From an uncultured Verrucomicrobiae bacterium (lineage in GTDB: Bacteria > Verrucomicrobiota > Verrucomicrobiia > Palsa-1439), in the NCBI GenBank assembly GCA_963812605.1, contig CAWEWF010000009.1, positions 32,926 through 96,925 on the forward strand: 64,000 bases of DNA. The letters are read 5' to 3'. The number at the start of each line of letters is the position of its first letter. Position 1 is the first letter of the stretch. A model generated the notes under the pieces. That model was not told where the DNA came from. It saw nothing but the letters and a program-made list of their open reading frames with translations, and searched no databases. Made by a program: the position numbers and the translations under genes. Below, one piece after another: positions 1 to 10,697 of the stretch.

Positions 1-3000
1 GTGAGTTCGCTGCCCGTAATCGTGCCGACGACCCGGTTGGTGTTGCTGATGGGCAGCGTGGCGCGGACTGGTTCTCGCCGCGCTCAGCGCCGGTTCACAA
101 ACTTTCAACAACAACTGCTTGTCGAGCGACTGCGCCAGCCCGTGGTCCTGGTCAATCTGGCGGGAGCGGCCCACGGTCGGCGGCCACTTTCGGCTGGTGA
201 AAGACCTTTGAGAAATCCAGTCCCCGCGCCTTGTAGTGTTCGAGCGCCTGCTTCACATCGAGGCGGTCAACGCGTCCAACCATCTCGAGAATCGTGCGGA
301 ACCCAAGCTGCGCCATCAACTCGCGCACTTCCTGCGCGATGAAGCGCATGAAGTTGACGACTGCCTGCGGGTCGCCGGTGAATTTCGCGCGTAGCTGCGG
401 GTCCTGAGTGGCCACGCCGACCGGGCAGGTGTTGAGATGGCACACGCGCATCATGATGCAGCCGAGTGTGACCAGGGGCGCGGTGGCGAACCCGAATTCC
501 TCCGCGCCCAGCAACGCGGCGATAATCACGTCCCGTCCCGTCTTGAGCTGGCCGTCGGCTTCGACGTAGACGCGGCTGCGGAGATTGTTGAGCACGAGCG
601 TCTGCTGGGTTTCGGCGAGGCCGAGTTCCCACGGCGTGCCCGCGTGCTTGATGCTCGAAAGCGGCGAGGCGCCCGTGCCGCCGTCGTGACCGCTGATGAG
701 AATGACGTCCGCGTGCGCCTTCGCGACACCGGCGGCGACGGTGCCGACGCCGATTTCGCTGACGAGCTTGACGCTGATGCGGGCGCGCTCGTTGGAATTT
801 TTGAGGTCGTGGATAAGTTCCGCGAGGTCCTCGATCGAATAAATATCATGATGGGGCGGCGGCGAAATGAGGCCGACCCCGGGCGTGGAGTGCCGCACTT
901 TCGCGATCCAGGGGTAAACTTTCGCGCCGGGCAGTTCGCCGCCTTCGCCGGGTTTCGCGCCTTGCGCCATCTTGATTTGCAGTTCCCGCGCCTGCGTGAG
1001 GTAATAGCTCGTCACGCCGAAGCGGCCGCTGGCCACCTGCTTGATCGCGGAATTCTTGCTGTCGCCGTTGGGCATGGGCTGGTAGCGCTCGGGATCTTCG
1101 CCGCCCTCGCCGGTATTGCTCTTGCCGCCGATGCGGTTCATCGCGATGGCCAGGGCTTCATGGGCTTCCTTGCTGATGGACCCGTAACTCATCGCGCCCG
1201 TCTTGAAGCGCTTGACGATGGAATCGACCGATTCGACTTCCTCCAGCGGAATTGGTTGCGGCGCGAGCCTGAGATCGAACAGCCCGCGCAGGGTGCAGAG
1301 CGTGCGCGACTGGTTGTTGACGAGTTCCGAGTATTCCTGAAAGACCTTGTAGTTGTTCGTGCGCGTCGAGAGCTGTAATCGGGAAATCGTTTCCGGGTTG
1401 AACAAATGACCCTCGCCATCGCTGCGCCATTGGTATTGGCCACCGGGATCAAGCGTTGCGCCGTTGACAATGCGATCGGGGAACGCATGCCGGTGGCGCA
1501 GGCGGACTTCCTCGCGCGATGACGTCGATGCCGATGCCTTCGATTTGCGACGCGGTTCCCGTGAAATATTTGTCGACGACCGAGTGGTTGAGGCCGATGG
1601 CCTCGAAGATCTGCGCGCCGCAATAGCTCTGGATGGTCGAGATGCCCATCTTGGCCATCGTCTTGACGACGCTCTTGGTGACGGCCTTGAGGTAGTTCTT
1701 GACCGCTTTCTTGTGGTCGGTGTCCTTGACGATGCCCTGGCGAATCATGTCGTCGAGCGTCTCGAAGGCGAGGTACGGGTTGATCGCGCCCGCGCCGTAA
1801 CCGATCAGGAGCGCAAAGTGATGCACTTCGCGCGGCTCACCCGATTCGAGCACGAGCGCGACGCGCGTGCGCGTGCCCTTGCGGATGAGATGATGATGCA
1901 TGCCCGCCACGGCCAGCAGCGCGGGGATCGCCGCGTGTTCGTGGTCGACGCCGCGATCGGACAGGATCAGGATGTTGTGGCCTTCCTTGATCGCCTTGCT
2001 GGCCTTGCGGAACAATTGCTCGAGCGCCTTCTCCAGTCCCTTGCCATTTTCGTCCACCTTGAAGAGAATCGGCAGGGTGATGGACTTGAAGCCGGGCCGG
2101 TCGACGTGGCGGAGGCGTTCGAATTCCTCGTTGCTCAGAACCGGGCCCTTGAGTTGGATCTGGCGGCAGCTTTCCGGCTGCGGATCGAGCAGGTTGCCCT
2201 CGGGGCCAATTGTGGTAAACGTCGAGGTGATGAGTTCCTCGCGGATGCAGTCGATGGGCGGATTGGTGACCTGCGCGAAGAGTTGCTTGAAATAGTTGTA
2301 GAGCAACTGCGGTCTGTTCGAGAGCACCGCCAGCGGAGTGTCCGTGCCCATTGAGCCGAGCGGCTGGACAGCGTCCTTGGCCATGGGCGCGAGGATGATC
2401 CGCAGGTCTTCGAAGGTGTATCCAAACGCCTGTTGCCGCAGGAGCACGGTCGCATGGTCGGGCTGATACACATGGGTTGACTCGGGCAGGTCTTCGAGGT
2501 CCACCAGGCCCTGCTGGAGCCACAAGCGATACGGTCGCTCGGTGGCGATCTTCTGCTTGAGCTCTTCGTCCGCGACGATGCGGCCGAGTTTCGTATCGAC
2601 GAGGAACATGCGGCCCGGCTGGAGCCGGCCTTTCTGCAGGACGCGTTCCGGTGGGACATCGAGCACGCCGACTTCCGAGGCCATGATGACCTGGTCGTCC
2701 TTCGTCACGTAATAGCGCGAGGGACGCAGGCCATTGCGGTCGAGGACCGCGCCGATCTGCACGCCGTCGGTGAAGGCGATGGAAGCCGGACCGTCCCACG
2801 GCTCGATCAGGCAACTGTGGTACTCGTAAAAGGCCTTTTTCTCATCGCTCATGCTTTCGTGACCCGACCACGGCTCGGGAATCATCATCATCATCGCGTG
2901 CGGGAGCGAGCGGCCGCCGAGCACGAGGAATTCGAGGCAGTTGTCGAACATGGCGGAGTCGCTGCCGTCTTCATTGATGATCGGCAGGAGCTTCTTCATG

Positions 3001-3869
3001 TCGTCGCCGAACAGATCGGACTTCAACAATGATTCGCGGGCGTGCATCCAATTGATGTTGCCGCGGAGCGTATTGATTTCGCCGTTGTGCGCGACGTAGC
3101 GATAAGGGTGCGCCCGTTCCCAACTCGGGAACGTGTTTGTGCTGAACCGCGAATGGACGAGCGCCAGCGCGGAAGCGAACGCGGGGTCATGCAGGTCGGG
3201 AAAAAACGGGTCCACCTGCTCGGGCATGAGCATTCCCTTGTAGATGATCGTCTTGTAGGACAGGCTCGAGATGTAAAAGCGATCGCCGCCCTTGATGCCG
3301 GCGTAGCGAATGCCCCGCTCGGCGAGTTTGCGGACGACGTACAATTTGCGCTCGAACGCCATGTCGTCCTGGATCTTTGGGTTGCGCGCAATGAACACCT
3401 GGCGGACGATGGGTTCCGAGGCGCGCGCCGTCTCGCCGAGCGCGGTGTTGATGGTCGGGACCGTGCGCCAACCGAGGAGGCGATGACCTTCATTCTCGAC
3501 GATTTCCTCGAAGAGTTTCTCACACTTGTACCGCGAAGTGGTATCGGGGGGCAGGTACACCATACCAACGCCGTACTCGCCGTAAGCGGGCAGAGCGATC
3601 TTTTCCCGGGCGCAGACTTGCTTGAGAAATTCGTGCGGAGTCTGCAACAGGATACCGGCGCCATCGCCCGTGTTGGCTTCGCAACCACACGCGCCGCGAT
3701 GCGCCAGGTTGACCAGGATCGTAAGCGCATCGCGGATAATCTTGTGGGACTTCTGGCCTTTGATGTTCACGACAAAGCCGACGCCGCAGGAATCGTGTTC
3801 GAACCGCGGGTCGTACAGCCCCTGCTTCTCCGGCCAACCATACGGGGTCATGGTGCGGACGTTACTCAT
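1..3869 (-). CDS. gltB: Glutamate synthase large subunit; frameshifted near 1515 and near 170, runs off the window start
   Basis: N-terminal DSCGVGF (GATase Cys1), [12 protein letters not shown] and EPWDGPA in ORF 1449..3869; [22 protein letters not shown] and [15 protein letters not shown] in ORF 152..1405. Confidence 0.97.
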
Positions 3870-4152
3870 TACACATTCTCCAATACTCGCCTTGGAGCGT
3901 GACTATATGACAAGTTCGCCCCAAATTTTCAACGTCATTGTCGCTTGGGGCGGGGAAACCCAGCGGGCGGTTTGGAAACGAAAGGCAGTTTACTCCTGTT
4001 TTTCCGCAGTGAGCGGAAACACGATAGCTACACTTCATGCCTTGTGAACGTCTGTGTAACATTTTTGGAGCTCACCCCCGCCTCGATTACGATATGAAAT
4101 TATTCACAAACAACACTTTTTTGTTGTAAACCTACTGAAAAGTAGCAAAACT

Positions 4153-4785
4153 ATGAACGAAAACAAGCGAAATCTTCAGCTTTCTCGAACTGCCGACGCG
4201 GAGGTTACATTGCGCACTATTGATGACCAAGAGCGAGCCATTATCAAGGCCCTGATCCGCGACCCGCGCCAGAGTAATAATAGCATCAGCCGGATTACCG
4301 GCGTGCCCACGCCGACGGTGCGGCGGAAACGCCAGCGGCTCGAGGACGAAGGACTGCTGAATTATTTTGCGGCGATCGACATGCAGGAGACGGGCACGGG
4401 CACTTTCAGCGCGCGACATCTCTACATCATCAAATTCCGCATCGGCATCACCGTGAAGCAGATCGTGGACGAGATCAAGAGCGAGCCGAACGTGCGCTCG
4501 GTGTTCACCGATCTCATTTACGAATCGCACATTGCGGAGATGGACGGGCGCGTGGCGCTGGTGATGATCATCGAGGGCAAGAACGACGCGGACATCATCG
4601 AGAACGTCCAGGGTAAAATCGTGCCCTCGCTGCGCAAGAACCACGGCCCGGACTCGATTGAAGAGATCTCCACTTTGCGCCTGCTCAGCCCCATTCGCGT
4701 GTTCCATAATTACGTGCCGCTCGTGAACATGCACAACGGCGTGCTGCGCGCCGATTGGACCGACGATGCGATCTTCGTGGGCTAG
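4153..4785 (+). CDS. Lrp/AsnC-family transcriptional regulator, divergent from gltB
   Basis: N-terminal AsnC-type HTH (IDDQERAIIKALIRDPRQSNNSISRITGVPTPTVRRKRQRLEDEG) followed by a RAM-like domain. Confidence 0.8.
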   Translation: MNENKRNLQLSRTADAEVTLRTIDDQERAIIKALIRDPRQSNNSISRITGVPTPTVRRKRQRLEDEGLLNYFAAIDMQETGTGTFSARHLYIIKFRIGITVKQIVDEIKSEPNVRSVFTDLIYESHIAEMDGRVALVMIIEGKNDADIIENVQGKIVPSLRKNHGPDSIEEISTLRLLSPIRVFHNYVPLVNMHNGVLRADWTDDAIFVG

Positions 4786-4787
4786 GG

Positions 4788-5624
4788 TTGCCCTCGCGCT
4801 CGCAGCCGCATGCATTGATTGCGGCGCCGACGCGCGCGGTGCCGCCGGTTCCCTTTGAGCAGAGGCCCTGGAACCAACTCTCCGACAGGCACATTTCCGA
4901 TTGGGGGCAAACCGCGCTCGCGATTCACAGCAATTCGTGGATGCACGTCGAGACGGAGCATTTCATTATTCATTGTTTTCGCGACGAGGACAAGATCGCC
5001 AACCGCAGTGAGGCGTTCTGGGTGGAGATCCGTGATTTCTTCGGCAATCGGCGGGACCTGCTCGAGGGCCGCAAGTCTCACGTTTTCGCCTTTCACGAGG
5101 TGGTGGATTGGAGAACATTCGCCAGGGAGATTAACAAGGGGAACATCCTCGGGATCACGCGCGGCAATGAGTTCTTCTACCTTTCGATCGGCGACAACGG
5201 TTACTTTGACAGCAATGGGAGGGTCCAGGCGCACGAGATGACGCACCTCATCTTCAATCGCTTTTTCAGCGGTCGCCCGCCATTGTGGCTCAACGAGGGC
5301 GTGGCGGAGTATTTCGGCCGGCGCAAAACTTCCAGCATCGTTGAGTTTCGCCGGCAGGTGGGCCAAACGCCGAAGTTCACCCTGGCGCGGCTCTTCTCCA
5401 CGGATACGTATCCGAGCGATCCGCTCGACGTGCAGGCGTTTTATGCGGAGGCGGCCATCGTGGTCGATTTTCTTTCGCATACGGAAGACCGGCGCGTACT
5501 GCTGCCGAGGTTCATCGAGGCGATGATCAACGAGAACGACCTCGACAGGGCGCTGACGATCTACGGTTACAGGAATCGCGCCGAGTTCGAAGAGGATTAC
5601 AACCGTTACCGCCGCCGCTTTTAG
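4788..5624 (+). CDS. Gluzincin-like (peptidase MA-like) protein; start uncertain
   Basis: HEMTH (HExxH) followed by PLWLNEGVAEY; N-terminal ETEHFIIH motif. Confidence 0.65.
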   Translation: MPSRSQPHALIAAPTRAVPPVPFEQRPWNQLSDRHISDWGQTALAIHSNSWMHVETEHFIIHCFRDEDKIANRSEAFWVEIRDFFGNRRDLLEGRKSHVFAFHEVVDWRTFAREINKGNILGITRGNEFFYLSIGDNGYFDSNGRVQAHEMTHLIFNRFFSGRPPLWLNEGVAEYFGRRKTSSIVEFRRQVGQTPKFTLARLFSTDTYPSDPLDVQAFYAEAAIVVDFLSHTEDRRVLLPRFIEAMINENDLDRALTIYGYRNRAEFEEDYNRYRRRF

Positions 5625-5787
5625 CGATTCCCCGGAAGTTCCGGAGCGGGTGGAGAGCGACTCTTGCGCCCTGGCGGTGTTTGAGTGAAGGTCACGAGTC
5701 GATCGAACAGGTCATAACGCAGGCTGGACGGTGGCGCGCCGTGCAGGTATGCTTTCAACACGAACCTTAAAAGGGGAACCACGCAAC

Positions 5788-6471
5788 ATGAAACAGTCAC
5801 CGATAATTTTCGCAAGCGCAGTGGCCCTGGGGATGTTGGTTGTGGTGGGCTGTTCGAAGCCGGCATCCGAGGACACGCTGCCGCCACCCAAGCCGGTCAC
5901 GGCAAAAGCCCTCGAGTTTCCCCCGCCGACCAACCTGGCATCCACGCCTTCGGCCGTGCAAGTGGCACCGGCCACGTCGGCTGTACCCGCGGCCACGGAA
6001 GCTTCGCAAGAGGATTCACCGGCGCAACTGGTCGGGCAGGTCAAGCAGTTTGAGGCCGATTACCAGGGCACGGCGGACTATCAAAAGCGGGTGGTGATCA
6101 TTTACAACCTCAGCTCGGTCGAATCGCCCGAAACCATCGATGCCATCGGCCGGCTGTTCCTCAACGAGAAGGACAAGGACCTGAAAATCGAGTTGGTGAA
6201 CTCCCTGTTGGACATCGAAGGCGAAAACGACAAGAAACTGGCGATCCTCGGCACCGCCATCCACGCCGACCAGCCGAAGGAGGTGCGTCTCGGAGCGATC
6301 GACGGAATGGGGGACACGGAAGACAAGCGCGCGATCCAGGTCTTGCAGACCTTGCTCACCGACCCCGATGAAGACATACGACAGAACGCGCAGGATACCA
6401 TCGATCAGTTACAAACGGACGTGACGCCGCCGCCAATGCCGGCCCAAACGCCCGCTCAACCAGGCAAATAG
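5788..6471 (+). CDS. HEAT-repeat lipoprotein
   Basis: Lipobox VVGC, Pro-rich linker, HEAT-like repeats (EVRLGAIDGMG, DPDEDIRQNA). Confidence 0.75.
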   Translation: MKQSPIIFASAVALGMLVVVGCSKPASEDTLPPPKPVTAKALEFPPPTNLASTPSAVQVAPATSAVPAATEASQEDSPAQLVGQVKQFEADYQGTADYQKRVVIIYNLSSVESPETIDAIGRLFLNEKDKDLKIELVNSLLDIEGENDKKLAILGTAIHADQPKEVRLGAIDGMGDTEDKRAIQVLQTLLTDPDEDIRQNAQDTIDQLQTDVTPPPMPAQTPAQPGK

Positions 6472-6496
6472 GCGCGGGCGGATCGCGACATTGCCC

Positions 6497-6556
6497 TTGT
6501 AGCCGCGAAACATTTTCGCGGTGGGAGGGGGCCGCGAATGCGATTCGCGGCTACAA
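6497..6556. repeat. REPIN-like doublet of GTAG-type REPs
   Basis: TTGTAGCCGCGAA...TTCGCGGCTACAA inverted ends, each half with an internal CCGCGAA/TTCGCGG palindrome. Confidence 0.75.
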
Positions 6557-6672
6557 TCTGGCGGCATTGCCGACGTGCGCCCCCGAGGGAAACTGGCGGG
6601 AAGATAATCGTTGACGGAGGCGCGGGCTTCCGGTATGTTTTTCGCCCCTTCCCAAGAGGAAAAGGACACATT

Positions 6673-6987
6673 ATGTATGCAGTAATTCGAACAGGTGCCA
6701 AGCAGTATCGCGTCCAGCCCGGCGACGTTTTGGAGGTTGAACTCCTCGACGGCGAGAAGGGCAAGGAGATTGCGTTGGAGGACGTTTTGTTGGTGGCCGA
6801 CGGCGAGAAAATCCAGGTCGGCAAGCCCAACATCAAAGGCGCGCGCGTGACCGCCGAGGTCATTGAGGAGGACAAGAAGGGCAAAAAGGTCATCGCCTTC
6901 AAGTTCCGCCGTCGCGAAGGCTACCATCGCAAACGCGGCATCCGCGCGCACCATACCGTTTTGAAGATCAAAGAAATCATCGTATAG
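6673..6987 (+). CDS. rplU: 50S ribosomal protein L21
   Basis: MYAVIRTGAKQYRV...KVIAFKFRRREGYHRKRG. Confidence 0.97.
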   Translation: MYAVIRTGAKQYRVQPGDVLEVELLDGEKGKEIALEDVLLVADGEKIQVGKPNIKGARVTAEVIEEDKKGKKVIAFKFRRREGYHRKRGIRAHHTVLKIKEIIV

Positions 6988-6994
6988 TGGCTTG

Positions 6995-7020
6995 GTAGGG
7001 ATGGCTCTCCGAGCCGTCCG
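6995..7020 (+). repeat. Single GTAG-type REP between rplU and rpmA
   Basis: GTAG followed by hairpin GGATGGCTC-TCC-GAGCCGTCC. Confidence 0.55.
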
Positions 7021-7039
7021 CAGTGAGGAGTGACCCGTC

Positions 7040-7306
7040 ATGGCACATAAAAAAGGTCAAGGTAGTTCAAGGAACGGACGCGATAGCGTCAGCAAGCGGC
7101 TCGGCGTGAAACGATTCGGCGGCGAGACCATCAGCGCCGGCAGCATCATCATCCGCCAGCGCGGTTCCCGTTTCGTCGCGGGCGCCAACGTCGGCATCGG
7201 CCGCGACTGGACCCTGTTCGCCCTGACCGACGGCCAGGTCCGCTTCGACAAGCAGGGCCGCCGCGTCAACATCGACCCCGTCGCCGCGCCCGCCAGCAAG
7301 TCGTAA
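7040..7306 (+). CDS. rpmA: 50S ribosomal protein L27
   Basis: [16 protein letters not shown]...RLGVK...GSIIIRQRG. Confidence 0.98.
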   Translation: MAHKKGQGSSRNGRDSVSKRLGVKRFGGETISAGSIIIRQRGSRFVAGANVGIGRDWTLFALTDGQVRFDKQGRRVNIDPVAAPASKS

Positions 7307-7341
7307 CAATTCGCTGTTGCAGTGGAAGGCAATATCCATTT

Positions 7342-7364
7342 GTAGGGCAAGCGGCCCGCTTGCC
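7342..7364 (+). repeat. Single GTAG-type REP
   Basis: GTAG followed by hairpin GGCAAGCG-GCC-CGCTTGCC. Confidence 0.6.
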
Positions 7365-7383
7365 ACCGGTTGGGTTCTCGACC

Positions 7384-7665
7384 ATGAGCCCCTACACAAA
7401 TTACGACGATCTCGCCCGTTTGGAATACGGGCGCATTTTGTGGCGCAATCCACAGGATCGCGAACAACTCATTCGTCACTGGACCGACCTGCGGCATCCC
7501 CATCGTGAACGCTTCCTACAGAATCGCATATTAGTCGAGAAGCTGCTCGCCTCGCGTCCTGAAGATGATTCTATTTTGGAAAGTGAATTGATTCAACATG
7601 GCACAAGCCTGCGTGCTGCGATGCGCGAAATTCCGCCCGTCTTTGGGTCTTTCTGGCGTGGTTGA
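7384..7665 (+). CDS. Hypothetical protein (93 aa)
   Basis: Clean ORF with protein-like composition; no recognised motif. Confidence 0.55.
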   Translation: MSPYTNYDDLARLEYGRILWRNPQDREQLIRHWTDLRHPHRERFLQNRILVEKLLASRPEDDSILESELIQHGTSLRAAMREIPPVFGSFWRG

Positions 7666-7772
7666 TGGGGTGCGCTATGACAAGTTTCCATTTACAGAAA
7701 GAAGAGATGCGACCCCAATGTCTACCACAATTAACCACAAGCGGCGTGGAATAATAGTTTGTGGCTCCCAAC

Positions 7773-7815
7773 AAATTGGAGACCGAATTGTCTGATGTTG
7801 AGACCTGACCCCATT
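7773..7815 (+). mobile_element. Remnant of the RAYT 3' end with the 25-bp terminal repeat
   Basis: 7788..7812 is the reverse complement of GGGGTCAGGTCTCAACATCAGACAA; translates KLETELSDVET* versus the RAYT C-terminus QLEVELFDVET*. Confidence 0.8.
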
Positions 7816-7936
7816 CTACATGCCATTCTACATTCAGTAGCGAAAACGAACTTGCGTCAAAAAGAAACCGTCCAGAGTGCAGAGTTGACTCCAATGATGA
7901 AACTACAATATCTGCAACATGGAGCAACTGAGTGAA

Positions 7937-8440
7937 ATGAAATCTCTTATCATCGCAAGCGGCCTCATTATGGTTTTGAGCCTTTCGGGGTGTACTCAAG
8001 GCAGCGATAACGTCCAGCAACGAGCATTATTAACGGCGATTCAACATGGCGAAGAAAACGCAAGTAGCAATCCAACCAATTTCACTGCGCAGAGTAACTT
8101 ATTGGAATTGTACGCAGCGTACTTTACGCTGCTACCAACAAATTCCATGTCTCAAGCGGAAACTTATCGGCAGAAGGGCCTCGTCACGGCCGAGCATGCG
8201 CTGGCTTTAGCGCCGAACACCTACGCGCGTGTGTTCATCGGCATGGCACTCGAGAAGCTTAAGGAGCCACGTCGCGCTCTTTCCATTTACAAGGAGTACT
8301 TAGCGGAAGGAGACAAGGCTGGGGCTGAATACACCCGTAATGCCCCAGTCGATCAAAGGCTGCGTCCCGAATTGCAGACGGAAGTAGAGCAATTACGGGT
8401 TGGGATCAAGCGTCGGGTGCGGGAAATAGAAGGTCAATAA
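7937..8440 (+). CDS. Low-GC lipoprotein with TPR-like helices
   Basis: MKSLIIASGLIMVLSLSGC lipobox; TPR-like AEHALALAP...ALSIYKEYL; visibly more AT-rich than flanks. Confidence 0.7.
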   Translation: MKSLIIASGLIMVLSLSGCTQGSDNVQQRALLTAIQHGEENASSNPTNFTAQSNLLELYAAYFTLLPTNSMSQAETYRQKGLVTAEHALALAPNTYARVFIGMALEKLKEPRRALSIYKEYLAEGDKAGAEYTRNAPVDQRLRPELQTEVEQLRVGIKRRVREIEGQ

Positions 8441-8586
8441 CAAGGGCTGTTGCATTAGTGATCAAATTGACTTCCTGATTTCGCATAGAAGGCATCAACC
8501 AATTAGCAACGAGATCGCCGGCTACCGCTACCAGTCACTTAGGCCGGCTGACATTCATAAGATTGTTATGGTAAAGTTTTCGCCTC

Positions 8587-9639
8587 ATGGCGACGTTGAA
8601 CAACTTAACCGAGAAGGCGGCGGGGGACGCGGAGCTTTCGCGCGGCGACGTGGCGGAGGCGATGCGGGCGTTGCTGGACGAGGCGGTCGCGGAGGAGGCG
8701 AAGGGGGACTTTCTCACGGCGTTGGCGCGCAAGGGGGAGACTGCGGGGGAAATCGCGGCGTTTGCGCTGGAGTTGCGTTCGCGCGCGGTCGATCCGCAGA
8801 TCGATCCGGCGCGGTTCGGCGGGGTGGTGTTGGACGTGGTCGGCACGGGCGCGGACATGTCGCACACCTTTAATGTTTCCACGTGCACGATTTTCGTAGC
8901 GGCGGCGGCCGGCGTGGCGGTGGCCAAACACGGTAATCGCGCGATCACCAGCAAGTGCGGCAGCGCGGATGTATTGACGGCGCTGGGCGCGAAAATCGAA
9001 CTGTCGCCCGAGGCGGCGCGGCGTTGCCTCGAAACATCGGGCGTGACGTTCTTGTTTGCGCAGCATTATCATCCCGCGTTCAAGTCCATCGCACCCGTGC
9101 GGCGCAAACTGGCAGAACGCAAGCAGCGCACCGTGTTCAATATTCTCGGCCCGCTGGTCAACCCCGCGCACCCGACGCATCAACTCGTTGGCGTATTCGA
9201 TCGCGGGTTGGTCGGCAAGTTCGCGGAGGTCCTGCGCTTGCTTGAAGTGAAACACGCGCTGGTCGTGCATGGAGACGGGCTCGACGAATTGTCCACTTTG
9301 GGGGTCAATACGATGGCGGAATTGTGGGCGGGCCGCATCGAGCAGACCGAGCGCGATTTCCGCGTGCCGCATACTTCGTGGCGGGGCGTGGTCGTCAAGC
9401 CGGAGGAACTATTCGGCGGGGACGCGACGACGAACGCCGGTATCGTGCGGGACGTATTGAGCGGCAAGGACCGTGGTCCGCGGCGCGATATCGTGTTGTT
9501 GAACGCGGCCGCGGCGCTCGTGGTTGCGGAAAAGGTGACGGATTTCGCGAGTGGCTGGAACGTGGCGGCGGAATTGATCGACAGCGGCGCCGCGCTGGAA
9601 AAGCTGGAACGATTTGTGGAAGCGACCAATCGGGAGTAA
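8587..9639 (+). CDS. trpD: Anthranilate phosphoribosyltransferase
   Basis: DVVGTGAD, FNVST, KHGNRAITSKCGSAD, RTVFNILGPL, GLDE. Confidence 0.96.
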   Translation: MATLNNLTEKAAGDAELSRGDVAEAMRALLDEAVAEEAKGDFLTALARKGETAGEIAAFALELRSRAVDPQIDPARFGGVVLDVVGTGADMSHTFNVSTCTIFVAAAAGVAVAKHGNRAITSKCGSADVLTALGAKIELSPEAARRCLETSGVTFLFAQHYHPAFKSIAPVRRKLAERKQRTVFNILGPLVNPAHPTHQLVGVFDRGLVGKFAEVLRLLEVKHALVVHGDGLDELSTLGVNTMAELWAGRIEQTERDFRVPHTSWRGVVVKPEELFGGDATTNAGIVRDVLSGKDRGPRRDIVLLNAAAALVVAEKVTDFASGWNVAAELIDSGAALEKLERFVEATNRE

Positions 9640-9647
9640 ATTCTCTG

Positions 9648-10598
9648 GTGCGAGCAGCCCTGGCAAAACCTTTGGATTGGTGCTCGATTCAACTCGCGCG
9701 GTTAAGCGTGCATCGTGGTTCGGGCGACGCTGGACAAGTGGCGGAAGTTGAATCGTTCATCGAGGACCCGGACTTCTTCGGCGATTCCGTCACGGCCCCG
9801 AAAGACCTGCGATTCACCACCAAGCGCGCGTTTCAGTTCACTTCGCCGGTCGTGTCACCCTGGAAGCGCAACAACACGGTGCATGGGCGGCTTTTCACGA
9901 CGGGCAAACGATGGCAGGACAAGCCGGTGGTTATTCTGCTGCATGGTTGGAACATGCAAGCGGGCTATCACGTATTGTTCCCGCACCTGGCGCGGCGTTT
10001 GACGAAGCAGGGGGTGAACGTGGCGATGTTCGCGTTGCCTTACCATACCCGGCGCAAACCGCGCGGCAAAAAAGCGATCCACAACTTTCTCTCCGGCGAC
10101 CTGGTGCACGTCGTGCAGGCGGCCCATCAATCACTGGCCGATGCCCGGGCGCTGATTGCGTGGCTCACCGAACAAGGCTGTCCGCGGATCGGGCTGTGGG
10201 GCATTTCGCTCGGCGCGTGGTTGAGCGGGTTGCTTGCCTGCGAGGATGCCCGCATTGATTGCGCGGTATTGATGTCACCAGTGTCGCGGATGGATCGGGT
10301 GATTGCGGAGTTGGATTTCTGCGCGCCCATTCGCCGCAGTCTCGGTGGCGCGCGGGTAAATCTCAACTCGCTGAACCTGGTGAATCGCGAACTGAAACTT
10401 GCGCCGGAGGATGTTCTACTGGTCGCGTCCGAACACGATTTGTTCGCGCCGATCCGGACGGCGGAGGAACTCTGCGAGGCGTGGGGCGGGACGGAGTTGT
10501 GGCGGTTGCGGCATGGCCACATCAGCGTGCTGATGTCGATGCCAGTGATGGAGCGCACGGTCGGGTGGATTGCAGGGAGGTTGTTGCGTGACCGTTGA
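9648..10598 (+). CDS. Alpha/beta hydrolase
   Basis: LLHGW oxyanion motif, GISLG nucleophile elbow, Asp (EHD) and His (HGH). Confidence 0.8.
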   Translation: MRAALAKPLDWCSIQLARLSVHRGSGDAGQVAEVESFIEDPDFFGDSVTAPKDLRFTTKRAFQFTSPVVSPWKRNNTVHGRLFTTGKRWQDKPVVILLHGWNMQAGYHVLFPHLARRLTKQGVNVAMFALPYHTRRKPRGKKAIHNFLSGDLVHVVQAAHQSLADARALIAWLTEQGCPRIGLWGISLGAWLSGLLACEDARIDCAVLMSPVSRMDRVIAELDFCAPIRRSLGGARVNLNSLNLVNRELKLAPEDVLLVASEHDLFAPIRTAEELCEAWGGTELWRLRHGHISVLMSMPVMERTVGWIAGRLLRDR

Positions 10599-10697
10599 CC
10601 GGGTATTTCTTGACGAATTTTTCCCTGTCCGAAGGGCATAACCAAGATGTTTCTTCTGTACATTCATCACCCCGGCAGGCATTTGAATTGCTTTGTT

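Noticed and set aside
4027-4042. Sigma-54-like promoter upstream of gltB (GGCATGAAGTGTAGC)
   Set aside because: GG-to-GC spacing is 11 rather than 10, and the 17-bp operator is absent.
7306-7400. Absence of obgE after rplU-rpmA as evidence of disruption
   Set aside because: That linkage is not universal and no obgE remnant is visible.
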